Part shown: positions 1 to 8,299 of the stretch, piece by piece
Layout: each line of letters opens with the position of its first letter
Position numbering within the stretch: position 1 is the first letter of the stretch
Source of the DNA: Caldivirga maquilingensis IC-167
GTDB taxonomy: Archaea > Thermoproteota > Thermoprotei > Thermoproteales > Thermocladiaceae
Length of the DNA: 32,000 nucleotides
Assembly: GCF_000018305.1 (NCBI RefSeq)
Contig: NC_009954.1
Location: 1,590,001 to 1,622,000 of the forward strand
Direction of reading: 5' to 3'
Notes under the pieces: model-generated
Databases searched by the model: none
Told to the model about the DNA's origin: nothing
Seen by the model: the letters and a program-made list of their open reading frames with translations, nothing else
Translations under genes and position numbers: made by a program

Positions 1-150
1 CATGTGTTCAATCTTCTCCTGAAGCGGATCATCAGGGCCTAGTTTACTCAGTTTTCCCTCCTTTAACTTTGCCTGTATCTCTTCAGGAATCCCCGTGAGG
101 TCTATGGTACTCACACCCCTTTCTATGTCATTTCTTATAGTAGCTTCCAT
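1..150 (-). CDS. Hypothetical protein, N-terminal part only (gene runs off the left edge)
   Basis: Minus-strand frame is open from ATG at 150 (alternative GTG at 198, upstream in-frame stop at 223-225) to position 1. It reads MEATIRNDIERGVSTIDLTGIPEEIQAKLKEGKLSKLGPDDPLQEKIEHM. No motif recognised. Confidence 0.3.
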   Translation of the reverse strand, partial: MEATIRNDIERGVSTIDLTGIPEEIQAKLKEGKLSKLGPDDPLQEKIEHM

Positions 151-306
151 GTTAGATAGTATGCTTGTACCTACGGTGCTTAGAACCGCTAACTTCACAG
201 TGTTACTGTAGTATACTTTAATTTATTAGTTTTTCCTTTATGACTATAATGTTCTTTACCCTTATACTCAAGATATTGATTTAACGTAAAACTTAGTAAT
301 TTAACA

Positions 307-314
307 TTAATAAA
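307..314 (+). promoter_or_regulatory. Candidate TATA box for csx1
   Basis: TTAATAAA lies 23-30 nt upstream of the csx1 ATG (337). This spacing fits crenarchaeal leaderless or short-leader transcripts. Confidence 0.35.
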
Positions 315-336
315 GAAGACGCGTGCAATACCTTAG

Positions 337-2025
337 ATGAGTAGTGGAGATTCCGAGGAAAGAGTCTTAGTACTGGCACCTTGGGGTTTACCCACTCTTT
401 GGGATGAAGTTAATTACGTAATCCCCAGGGTTAGTGAGAGTGGTGGGAAATTATGCGTTAGGCCCATTAATATTGAGTGGAATGATGTGGATAAAGTTAA
501 GAGTTATACTTCATTGGCTGGAGTCCTACGTTACATCACTAATGCTGGCCATAAAGGCTTTATTGACGTGATAATCATGGGCTTGGATACATTGGCATTC
601 CCAGATACGCGTAGTCAAAGTGGAAACTGCAACGTAGTGGGGATTCTTAGTGATTTTACCAATACTCTACGTAATGGTAAAGTTAACTACCGTGATATTG
701 AGAACACAGCTTATTCACTCCTTAAGAATTGTATTTCTCAATACCTTGGTGGTTTCAATAGTAAAGCTGATAAAATCAATATTGAGGTCGAGATACTGCC
801 CGGTACAGGAACCTACAGAGCCGGTAACTTTAATGCAAGGTTTATGGGCGGCATCAACAATCTGAACTTCACCATGCTATATAAGCTATACAATAAGGTT
901 AGATACAATAAGTACAGTGCCATTATTATCGACATAACACATGGTGTGAATTACTTACCCATGATAACGTACATGGCTGCTCAGTTAATAGCCAAGTACC
1001 TGAGTGCCAGGGATAATAAGGATATATGCTTAATAACCTTTAATGCAGACCCAATCTCAAGACAAAAAACAGAAGCCACACAGGAGCGAAGACTCAACAT
1101 AATCGAGATGCAAAACATAAGTATTGAACCTCATGAATTCCTCAAAGAGTTAACTGGTAGGTTAAATAAGGAGAAGATCTTTAGAATTGTGAGAACTAAT
1201 CATGATAAGGATAAGATAAACAAATTAAATAAGTTGAATAATAATTATGAAGATATACGACGCCGCTTAAATCCATCGAGGATTACCACATCTCTTGAGT
1301 ATGGTTTTGCACTTTACCTAGTTACTTATCTACGCAAAAATAACCTAACACATGTGAAGGATCTGGAGGAGTTATCAAGGAATATTTCGAATTTATGCGA
1401 TGAAATTTACAACTATATGAATGAGGCAGTTGATATTAGTATTAATAATAATGAGGTTCTCATTTCGAGGATTTACGATTTTGAGACTTCACCGCTGTTA
1501 TTATCCATGGCTTTTGACGTGGTGAGAAACAGGGTCATTAACGTATTGAACCTTGATCAATTAATGGATAATGAGGGTGGTATAGATATTGAATATCTAT
1601 TGAAGATACCGGTTAGCAGTGTAGCTGACACAATACTTAGTAATGAGGTTGATTCAATTAAGCGTGCAGCTGAGTTATTTAGGGATGTTGCTGTTAACTT
1701 ACTGGGTATGAATAAAGGAATCCTGGGTGGTTATGTGAAATACGGAAATATCCATGATTTTGTGAATAAATCCATCATAGACATAGGGCGTAGGTCTAAT
1801 GATATTCGTGAGGAGATTAAGAATTATTCATGCGATAACCAAGATTCACATGATGATTCCGAGTGTAGGTTCAACGATAGGAATTTTATTGCTCATGCTG
1901 GTCTTGAGAGAAATATCACATGTATTAAAATCAGTGGCGATAAAGTATTCATTAAGTATATTGATAAGTGCTTCGAAGATATTGATAAGCACATGGAGAA
2001 TATTAGTAAGGGTAATGCCAAGTAG
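337..2025 (+). CDS. csx1: Csx1-family CARF-HEPN ribonuclease (DxTHG-motif CRISPR-associated protein)
   Basis: DITHG (DxTHG signature) at aa 199-203 (nt 931-945). HEPN R-x4-H motif RNFIAH within RNFIAHAG at aa 515-522 (R515-H520 = nt 1879-1896). N-terminal LVLAPWG strand is typical of the CARF Rossmann fold. Lies next to a cmr locus. Confidence 0.85.
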   Translation: MSSGDSEERVLVLAPWGLPTLWDEVNYVIPRVSESGGKLCVRPINIEWNDVDKVKSYTSLAGVLRYITNAGHKGFIDVIIMGLDTLAFPDTRSQSGNCNVVGILSDFTNTLRNGKVNYRDIENTAYSLLKNCISQYLGGFNSKADKINIEVEILPGTGTYRAGNFNARFMGGINNLNFTMLYKLYNKVRYNKYSAIIIDITHGVNYLPMITYMAAQLIAKYLSARDNKDICLITFNADPISRQKTEATQERRLNIIEMQNISIEPHEFLKELTGRLNKEKIFRIVRTNHDKDKINKLNKLNNNYEDIRRRLNPSRITTSLEYGFALYLVTYLRKNNLTHVKDLEELSRNISNLCDEIYNYMNEAVDISINNNEVLISRIYDFETSPLLLSMAFDVVRNRVINVLNLDQLMDNEGGIDIEYLLKIPVSSVADTILSNEVDSIKRAAELFRDVAVNLLGMNKGILGGYVKYGNIHDFVNKSIIDIGRRSNDIREEIKNYSCDNQDSHDDSECRFNDRNFIAHAGLERNITCIKISGDKVFIKYIDKCFEDIDKHMENISKGNAK

Positions 2026-2032
2026 AGTTGGG

Positions 2033-2042
2033 TTAATATATA
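2033..2042 (+). promoter_or_regulatory. Candidate internal TATA box upstream of the nurA-like gene
   Basis: TTAATATATA lies 20-29 nt upstream of the ATG at 2062, inside the 36-nt csx1/nurA gap. The nurA-herA pair may therefore have its own promoter. Confidence 0.3.
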
Positions 2043-2061
2043 TGTTTGTATTCTACACTTA

Positions 2062-3135
2062 ATGCGTGAGATCTTTGAGTTAGCCTCTTCATTGAGTAGG
2101 TTAATGAGTATTGTTGGTGAATTAGCTAGCCCAGAGCCTATTGATTTAAGTGAAATAGGTGGTTTTGAGGTTGGTTGCGATACGGATTTTACAGTTGGTG
2201 AGTTGAAGCCTGTGAGTATTGATTACCCTTTAATGGGGCTTGATAGTCATTCAAGGATTATTAGGTTCTTAGGTGTTGATGTCCACTTGGTTACTGGTGC
2301 CTTGGTTGGTGGTGATAACGTGTTGATTCCTCAACCTAATGGTACTAATAATGTTAGATGGATCGGCCTTAAGCTTAGATTTAAGCCCCGTGACTATGAA
2401 TTGCTTGATAAGCTTAGTGAAATGTTTTACATTAAGTCTTCGTTCCTTGACAATGAGTATTTCGTGGGTTCTTATAATGATGAGGCTGTTAGGGATGAGG
2501 TTAGGAATCATGTTGAGGTAACCCTCATGAGGGCTGTCAACAATAATGCATTCCTACTGGTGGATGGGCCTGTTTTCCCCACGCCTAGGGTTCTATCCAT
2601 GGAGGGTAATAAGTATGCATCTGTTTTTAATGGTATTATTGAGTCTAGGGTTAAGGCTCTTAATGGGCTTAAGGCAGTGGGTGTTGTTAAGAGGATTGAG
2701 CATAGTCACTTCCTTGCAAGGTATCTTAGAGAGTGCGGTAGGGAGGGTGTACCCATGGTTGATGATTACACACTAGCCATTAAGAGAGCAACCTTGGCTT
2801 TACCTAACTCACGGTCTGTTTACCTAGGCCCCATTGTGGTTAAGGTTGGTAACTGGGTTAAGTACTGCTGGTACGTGGTTACTAGGACTGGTCGTAATGC
2901 CTCTGTTGTTCGTGTGGAGGGGTTGAGCGAAGAGGTTGCCAAGGAGGGTAGGGATTACGTGGGCATGCTAATGACGTTAAGCGGTACCGCGGTACCTATA
3001 CATATTGCTGATAAACTGGCTAGGAGATTGAACGCCAGCGCAGTACTAATGCTCTACAACCTAAGCCCCGGCGGCATCATCACCTACGAGGGCCTTGAGG
3101 AGGTTGAGAGGGCTAGGGGTGACCTTGTTGAGTAA
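2062..3135 (+). CDS. NurA-like nuclease (RNase H-like fold)
   Basis: Three NurA-like motifs occur in the expected order: GLDSHS (D61), E-containing helix RNHVEVTLMRAV followed by FLLVDGPVFP (D168), and C-terminal VPIHIADKLARRL. Length of 357 aa is typical. The stop overlaps the possible starts of the downstream HerA-like gene. Confidence 0.65.
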   Translation: MREIFELASSLSRLMSIVGELASPEPIDLSEIGGFEVGCDTDFTVGELKPVSIDYPLMGLDSHSRIIRFLGVDVHLVTGALVGGDNVLIPQPNGTNNVRWIGLKLRFKPRDYELLDKLSEMFYIKSSFLDNEYFVGSYNDEAVRDEVRNHVEVTLMRAVNNNAFLLVDGPVFPTPRVLSMEGNKYASVFNGIIESRVKALNGLKAVGVVKRIEHSHFLARYLRECGREGVPMVDDYTLAIKRATLALPNSRSVYLGPIVVKVGNWVKYCWYVVTRTGRNASVVRVEGLSEEVAKEGRDYVGMLMTLSGTAVPIHIADKLARRLNASAVLMLYNLSPGGIITYEGLEEVERARGDLVE

Positions 3136-4906
3136 CCTTGATTGTAATGAGTACCTTGGATTCATAACTAGGCAGATGCCCAGTTCCGTGAGTACTGATG
3201 AGGCATTGGCATACATGGTCAGTGGGTGTGATGTCGGTTTCCCAGTGGGTAGGTACGTGGTTATTGAGGATGATGGGGTTAAGTACCTGGCTAAGATTGT
3301 GCAGTCTAGGGTCGAGGATATATACTCCATAGCCAAGACACCGGTAATCTCCCTGGAACAGGAGTTAAGTATGGAAGTACGCTACATACCAAGGTTCATA
3401 GCCCTGGAGTTGATTAGAGAATGTAGGGGAGATGCCTGCAGCCCAGTAACCACTCCACCACAGATACATGCTAAGGTTAGGTGGGCGAGGGATGGTGAAG
3501 TATCGAAAATGCTCTCACTACCGAGCAATGGCGTGGAACTAGGGTACCTGGCACTACCCTCCGGTGAAGTGCTGAGGAGTGAATTCGTGAAAATACCCAT
3601 AGACGCCCTTAAGCACCATGTACTTGTGGTCGGCACCACAGGTAGCGGTAAGACTCAGCTCCTTAAGAACATGGCCCTGGACCTAGTTAGGAATTACAGT
3701 GACTGCGTGGTGATTGCAATGGATGCCGTGGGTCATTACCACCACTTGGCGATGGATAATGTTGAAACCAGGGTTGTAATACCAATGACCAATTCATTGG
3801 TGGGTCGGTTATTGAGGAATATAAAGGTAAGTGAAGCCAAGGAATTAGCTAGGGAGTTTGCACGTAGGCTTGTAAGGTACTACCTAAATGAATTCTACAT
3901 ACGTAGTGGATTAAAAATAAGCGGTAAGGTGAACATAAAGGTTGCCTACAGTAGGGAACAAGAAGACGCCGGGAAGGATAAGGGTTACGTGGTGAAGGTG
4001 AGTAAAGTGATTGTTAAGGCTAAGATTAACATTAATAATAATGATAAGGAAATAAACGTGACGCTACTACCTTGGGCTCTAAAATCCATTGATGTAATGT
4101 ACAGGATCAATGACATAACAGGCTTACTCACGGAGCAGGCTAAATTGTTCTACAGAAGGGTCATTAATGAAGTCACCGATGAATTACCTAGTAATGAAAA
4201 GCCCACGTTTAAGGAGATTTACGAGTATTTAATAAGCCCAAGCAACCAGAGTGAAAGGGGTAGGACACTGGTTAATTATGAGGCTATAGCCAATAAATTA
4301 GGCATTCACCCAAGTACCTTAGAGAACATAGTAAGGGCCATATTATCCCTAGTGGAGACAAGGCTCTTTGACGTGGAGCACAAGGCCGGTGACCACAAGC
4401 TGGTGGTTAAGGAACCTAATTACAGGGAATTATTTAAGCAGGGTTATGTGGTTGTGGATTTGAGGACCACATCAAGCCTCAACCAGAGGATTATAGTCTA
4501 CAGGATCTTGAATAAATTATTCAGAGCCATGAAGCCGGGTGGTAAAAGGATTGCTGTGGTTCTTGTTGATGAGGCGCACTTATTCTTCCCACAGACCAGG
4601 GATGAGACGGAGAAGAGGATAATTGAGAATCAGTTAACCAGGATTGCCAGGCTCGGTAGAAGCCGCGGCATAGCCGTAGTATTCGCCACGCATATGCCGG
4701 ATGACTTAAACGACGCAGTACTACAATTAACAAACACTAAGGTAATCCTCAGGAGTGACGAGAGGGTCCTTGAGAAACTCGGCATACCCACCAGTGAGAG
4801 GAGATTCCTCACAGTGACTGATGCAGGCATTGGTTACGTGAAGTCCTACGCAATGAAGTACCCAATCTACATTAAGTTCGAGCCGAAGGCCTTCCACCTC
4901 GGGTAA
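3095..4906 (+). CDS. HerA-like (DUF87/FtsK-HerA superfamily) hexameric ATPase
   Basis: N-terminal HAS-barrel-like segment (VGRYVVIEDDGVKYLAKIV). Walker A GTTGSGKT (nt 3632-3655). Walker B VVLVDEAH (DE at nt 4568-4573). HerA-type LGRSRGIAVVFATHMPDDLNDAVLQLTNTKVILR. Start is uncertain: the track start 3095 is TTG, and the alternatives are GTG 3119, TTG 3125/3128 and ATG 3176. Confidence 0.8.
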   Translation: MRRLRGLGVTLLSNLDCNEYLGFITRQMPSSVSTDEALAYMVSGCDVGFPVGRYVVIEDDGVKYLAKIVQSRVEDIYSIAKTPVISLEQELSMEVRYIPRFIALELIRECRGDACSPVTTPPQIHAKVRWARDGEVSKMLSLPSNGVELGYLALPSGEVLRSEFVKIPIDALKHHVLVVGTTGSGKTQLLKNMALDLVRNYSDCVVIAMDAVGHYHHLAMDNVETRVVIPMTNSLVGRLLRNIKVSEAKELAREFARRLVRYYLNEFYIRSGLKISGKVNIKVAYSREQEDAGKDKGYVVKVSKVIVKAKININNNDKEINVTLLPWALKSIDVMYRINDITGLLTEQAKLFYRRVINEVTDELPSNEKPTFKEIYEYLISPSNQSERGRTLVNYEAIANKLGIHPSTLENIVRAILSLVETRLFDVEHKAGDHKLVVKEPNYRELFKQGYVVVDLRTTSSLNQRIIVYRILNKLFRAMKPGGKRIAVVLVDEAHLFFPQTRDETEKRIIENQLTRIARLGRSRGIAVVFATHMPDDLNDAVLQLTNTKVILRSDERVLEKLGIPTSERRFLTVTDAGIGYVKSYAMKYPIYIKFEPKAFHLG

Positions 4907-5618
4907 AATCCAGAAGCCACCTGGGAAACTCAAGACCGGAGGCACCACGCCTCAGGAGACCTAAGGATTCCAGCGACTCAAGCAAATCCCCGGGCAGGGA
5001 CGCCAAGTCACCCTCAAGGACCTCACGCCTAAGGCTCAATGGTAACCTCGGTAAAATAACCAACTCACCGCTCTCACTTACATAAACCAATCTAGCACCC
5101 AGTATTGAAGCCACAAGCACAGAGGCCACAACCTCAATCTTCATACCACCACTAATACCTATGAAAACCTCGAAGCCACGCATCAAGTAATTACTCAACT
5201 CCCTACCAAGGGCATCCACAAGGTTTACAAAACCCCTCATCAAGTCACCACCACCGAAGAACCTAACCCTAACGTAACCCGCAACATTCACATGCCTAGA
5301 GAAGCATCTAGCAAGAGCCATAGTGCACAACTCAGCGGCATTAGTATCAGTGCTAAAGAATTCAAGCGTCAAGGGCTTAAACCCCTTCTCAAGCATGGAC
5401 CAGATCAGTGAAGCCTCAGCACAACACCTAGGATTACCGCAGGCAAAGTCTGATAACCTGCTGACGAAATCATCATTAAACAACACGTAGGCAGAATCCT
5501 CAGAACCCTGAAGAACACGACCCACAACCCCAGAGTAATCCCCAAGAGCATCACTACTCAACGCATTCCTCAACAACGAAACCCCCACAGTAATACCAAG
5601 AAAATAACCCATAAACAA
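4872..5618 (-). CDS. Stand-alone CARF-domain protein (APE2256-like family); candidate cOA sensor or ring nuclease
   Basis: N-terminal ITVGVSLLRN resembles the TVGTSLLxN CARF strand-loop. CAEASLI, STDTNAAE and ISGGMK resemble the SAE, TDT and (S/T)GG(F/M)K motifs of this family. No recognisable effector domain. The short C-terminal segment LESLESLGLLRRG could be a small wHTH. Confidence 0.55.
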   Translation of the reverse strand: MFMGYFLGITVGVSLLRNALSSDALGDYSGVVGRVLQGSEDSAYVLFNDDFVSRLSDFACGNPRCCAEASLIWSMLEKGFKPLTLEFFSTDTNAAELCTMALARCFSRHVNVAGYVRVRFFGGGDLMRGFVNLVDALGRELSNYLMRGFEVFIGISGGMKIEVVASVLVASILGARLVYVSESGELVILPRLPLSLRREVLEGDLASLPGDLLESLESLGLLRRGASGLEFPRWLLDFTRGGRPSART

Positions 5619-5742
5619 GACAAAACCCAGAGGCTTAAAAAATCAACACCCCCATCAATAAGTAATACAGAGCCTCCGTGGAATAAAGATACCGCACTTT
5701 GAGACTGAAACCGGAAAATCCTATGGGGTATAAAGCATTGCA

Positions 5743-6603
5743 TTAATGTCTTTGCTGCTCCAATATTCCATAGCCAAGCGCCGTCTTAGCACCAATACCC
5801 CTACTAAACACTTTAGTTACTATACTCTGCAAATCATTAATCGTACAAACACCCTTGCAATCACTCGATAGGTAGATGTAATCCCCAGGCTCATTTCTGC
5901 ATCTATACTTTAACCTCCTCCTCTCAGCCATTATAATAACCCTAAAACCCACGCCAGTGGACACTGTGAGGAACGGTACAGGTACAGGCTTCACCTGGGG
6001 CTCGGCAATGGTTCTCGCGGGTTCAGCGTAGTGTGGGTTTATAATATCAAGCGTCATTAATGATTTCCCAGAGGGGCAGTAAACTGGGTATGAGTCCAGG
6101 ACAATTACGTGTGAGGCCTCGTCCATACTGCCGAAAGCCTGTGAGCATTGCGTCCCTTCAGCTGAGGCTCTCATGGCACCCTTTAGGGAGCTTGCGGGTA
6201 TATAGGGCAAGTTCATTATTGGATCCCAGGAGATGCCTTGTTCGAGAATCTCGAAGTAAGGGTTCCTAAGCCCAATGGCTAACCTAGTTAGTGTTATGAA
6301 TATGTTGTTGATTACTATTTCATAACCGAGATCCTTTAGTGCGTTTACCTGTTCGTCAAGGTACTTATTCGCTTTATCTAGTAAATCCTTGATGGTACTG
6401 CATTTATAGGCATCAGCGATACTCCTCATGGCATCCCTAGCAAATTCAGATATACCCACAACCTCCCGCTCACCTCCCCTCCCTGCCTTGCCCATTAAGT
6501 CCTTCGTGAAGTTCAGGAACTCACGCCTTACGTAACTAACCACGTTCGTGCCAGTATCCAGTGCAGTTTTCCCTCCAGTTACTGAGGCCATACGCGCTTC
6601 CAC
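5743..6603 (-). CDS. cmr6: Cmr6 (type III-B RAMP subunit)
   Basis: LPYIPASSLKGAMRA RAMP motif and C-terminal glycine-rich loop GIGAKTALGYGIL. It is the last gene of the cmr4-5-1-6 operon and overlaps cmr1 by 25 nt. Confidence 0.85.
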   Translation of the reverse strand: MEARMASVTGGKTALDTGTNVVSYVRREFLNFTKDLMGKAGRGGEREVVGISEFARDAMRSIADAYKCSTIKDLLDKANKYLDEQVNALKDLGYEIVINNIFITLTRLAIGLRNPYFEILEQGISWDPIMNLPYIPASSLKGAMRASAEGTQCSQAFGSMDEASHVIVLDSYPVYCPSGKSLMTLDIINPHYAEPARTIAEPQVKPVPVPFLTVSTGVGFRVIIMAERRRLKYRCRNEPGDYIYLSSDCKGVCTINDLQSIVTKVFSRGIGAKTALGYGILEQQRH

Positions 6604-7814
6604 CTTATTCTCTGTCTACCCAGATATTCTAGGAATTCGTTTAATGCTACGTAACTCGCATTTATTATGTCACGCTCATTAATAGTAATTGGTTTTGAGC
6701 CAGCGCCGTGCCAGGTTAATCCGCTGGGCCAATCAGCCGATAAGAACAATGCCAGGTAAGCAACATCATTATTAATGCCATGGATCGAGAGGAGCATTGA
6801 TGAAGCCCTCCTAACTATATTATTTGACATTAACCTATACCCGGTCCCCTTCTGCTCCCTGGGTAGGCCCAGTATCCAGGCCATAAACTCGTTTCTAAGT
6901 TCGTCCTTTGCTTTGGGGTTTCCCATGAGTATTTTAGCCCTTTCGGGTCTTAGGAAGAAGTTATGCAACTTAGGTAGTAAATCCCTGCCGTAAACCTCAA
7001 ATAACTGAAACACAAACAACCTATCGACATATCTATTTTTCACTTTCACATCAACACATTTTGTTAATTCCACATTACTAACTACAGGCATTGGTGGTAA
7101 CTCGCAGGATTCAAGACCACTCTTGCTCATCTCTTTAACTATGTCTTTTACAAGCTCTATTGTATAATTCAACTTCTTAGCAAATTCTTTATGGTTAAGG
7201 TTAAAGAGAAAACTATAGTCACCATCAACCTTATCTACATCAAGGCACCCAAGCCCCCTCCTACCACCCTTACCGAAGCATGAGAGGGTCAAGGCTATGG
7301 ATAAAACACTAAGGGATGCCTTAATGGCATTATCATCATTTAATTTCACATTATTATGTTTATCAATGGTTACGTAGAATTCAGCGCTGGGTTCCACATA
7401 TTGTAGCGTTCTACAGTCAAGGGTTAGTAAGCCAATCCTTTGGAGTACCTTACCACTTACGCGGTTGCTACATGCCTTATTGATCCTAATGTTTTGCCCA
7501 TGCCTGATTATCAACTTAAGGTGAGAGGCCACGCTCTCCTCACCAGCATAACCAAGTCCCAACTTCTCGCCCACGATTTTCGAGACCTTCTTAGCCTCGT
7601 CTTTCTTCGGCACTTTAATAATGTCCTTATCCGGATGGCCATGGAGCTGACCTGCCTCGTATAGAGCACCACTCACAAACGTCCTGGCCCACCAACGCCA
7701 AACACCCTTAACCTCACTGGGCCTCAGGGGCCAATCATAATCGACACTATTGGGGTCCGCGGAGCCTGTGAATAATGGCGTCACCAACCTGAGGGTAAGC
7801 TCTGCATATGTCAT
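6579..7814 (-). CDS. cmr1: Cmr1 (type III-B RAMP subunit)
   Basis: N-terminus LRLVTPLFTGSAD...LRPSEVKGVWRWWART matches the Cmr1 pattern (TPlf.gg ... ps.kG..RfW.R). Second G-rich segment GKGGRRGLG. ATGA overlap with cmr5. Confidence 0.8.
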   Translation of the reverse strand: MTYAELTLRLVTPLFTGSADPNSVDYDWPLRPSEVKGVWRWWARTFVSGALYEAGQLHGHPDKDIIKVPKKDEAKKVSKIVGEKLGLGYAGEESVASHLKLIIRHGQNIRINKACSNRVSGKVLQRIGLLTLDCRTLQYVEPSAEFYVTIDKHNNVKLNDDNAIKASLSVLSIALTLSCFGKGGRRGLGCLDVDKVDGDYSFLFNLNHKEFAKKLNYTIELVKDIVKEMSKSGLESCELPPMPVVSNVELTKCVDVKVKNRYVDRLFVFQLFEVYGRDLLPKLHNFFLRPERAKILMGNPKAKDELRNEFMAWILGLPREQKGTGYRLMSNNIVRRASSMLLSIHGINNDVAYLALFLSADWPSGLTWHGAGSKPITINERDIINASYVALNEFLEYLGRQRIRWKRVWPQ

Positions 7815-8299
7815 TGAGTCACCTCAGATATCATGGCCTCGGCAAGTCTCTTCAACCAATCAGCGAATGTCAGAATCTTATTAGTAACTATGACTTCGGT
7901 GCCTAGTGTGTTCAATTTATTAAGTAAATCCATCAAGTCCTTAGCCCCATCAATTAAGCCTAATTCCCTCATGGCCCATAGAAGGCATGCCCCATAAACT
8001 TCATAGGCCTCATCACTTATTTTATTCTTAATATTGCTTAGGTACTTTCCTATGTCCTTCTCATTAAGCACATTATTTAATTTACCATAACCACTCCCGT
8101 TCTTGTCTGAGGACTTCGCGAGTATGAATGCAAGTTCATACGTTAAACCATTGTAGTAAATACCCTCAAGTTCCCTCCTACACCTAGTCCTAAACCCCTT
8201 AAGTATATCATTATTGTTTAGGTTCTTGACTGCGTTGATGCAAGTTATGGCTAAATCCAAAGCCTTGTCCCTAACCTGCTCACTCATGGCAACCACCAA
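7811..8299 (-). CDS. cmr5: Cmr5 (type III-B small subunit)
   Basis: 162-aa protein that looks all-helical, positioned between cmr4 and cmr1. The segment NGLTYELAFILAKS...GSGYGKL resembles the conserved Cmr5 core. Confidence 0.7.
   Translation of the reverse strand: MVVAMSEQVRDKALDLAITCINAVKNLNNNDILKGFRTRCRRELEGIYYNGLTYELAFILAKSSDKNGSGYGKLNNVLNEKDIGKYLSNIKNKISDEAYEVYGACLLWAMRELGLIDGAKDLMDLLNKLNTLGTEVIVTNKILTFADWLKRLAEAMISEVTQ

Noticed and set aside
3095-3175. TTG start at 3095 for herA and ATG at 17780 for cas3', both given by the ORF track
   Set aside because: Both produce long overlaps with the upstream gene (41 and 74 nt) and add non-conserved-looking N-termini. Later starts (3119-3176 for herA, 17846 for cas3') give the usual short coupled overlaps. 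I kept 3095 for herA only as the outer bound.
4872-4906. 35-nt convergent 3' overlap between herA and the CARF gene
   Set aside because: I considered it as a possible antisense regulatory arrangement. Short convergent overlaps are common in compact archaeal genomes, and nothing else supports a special role.
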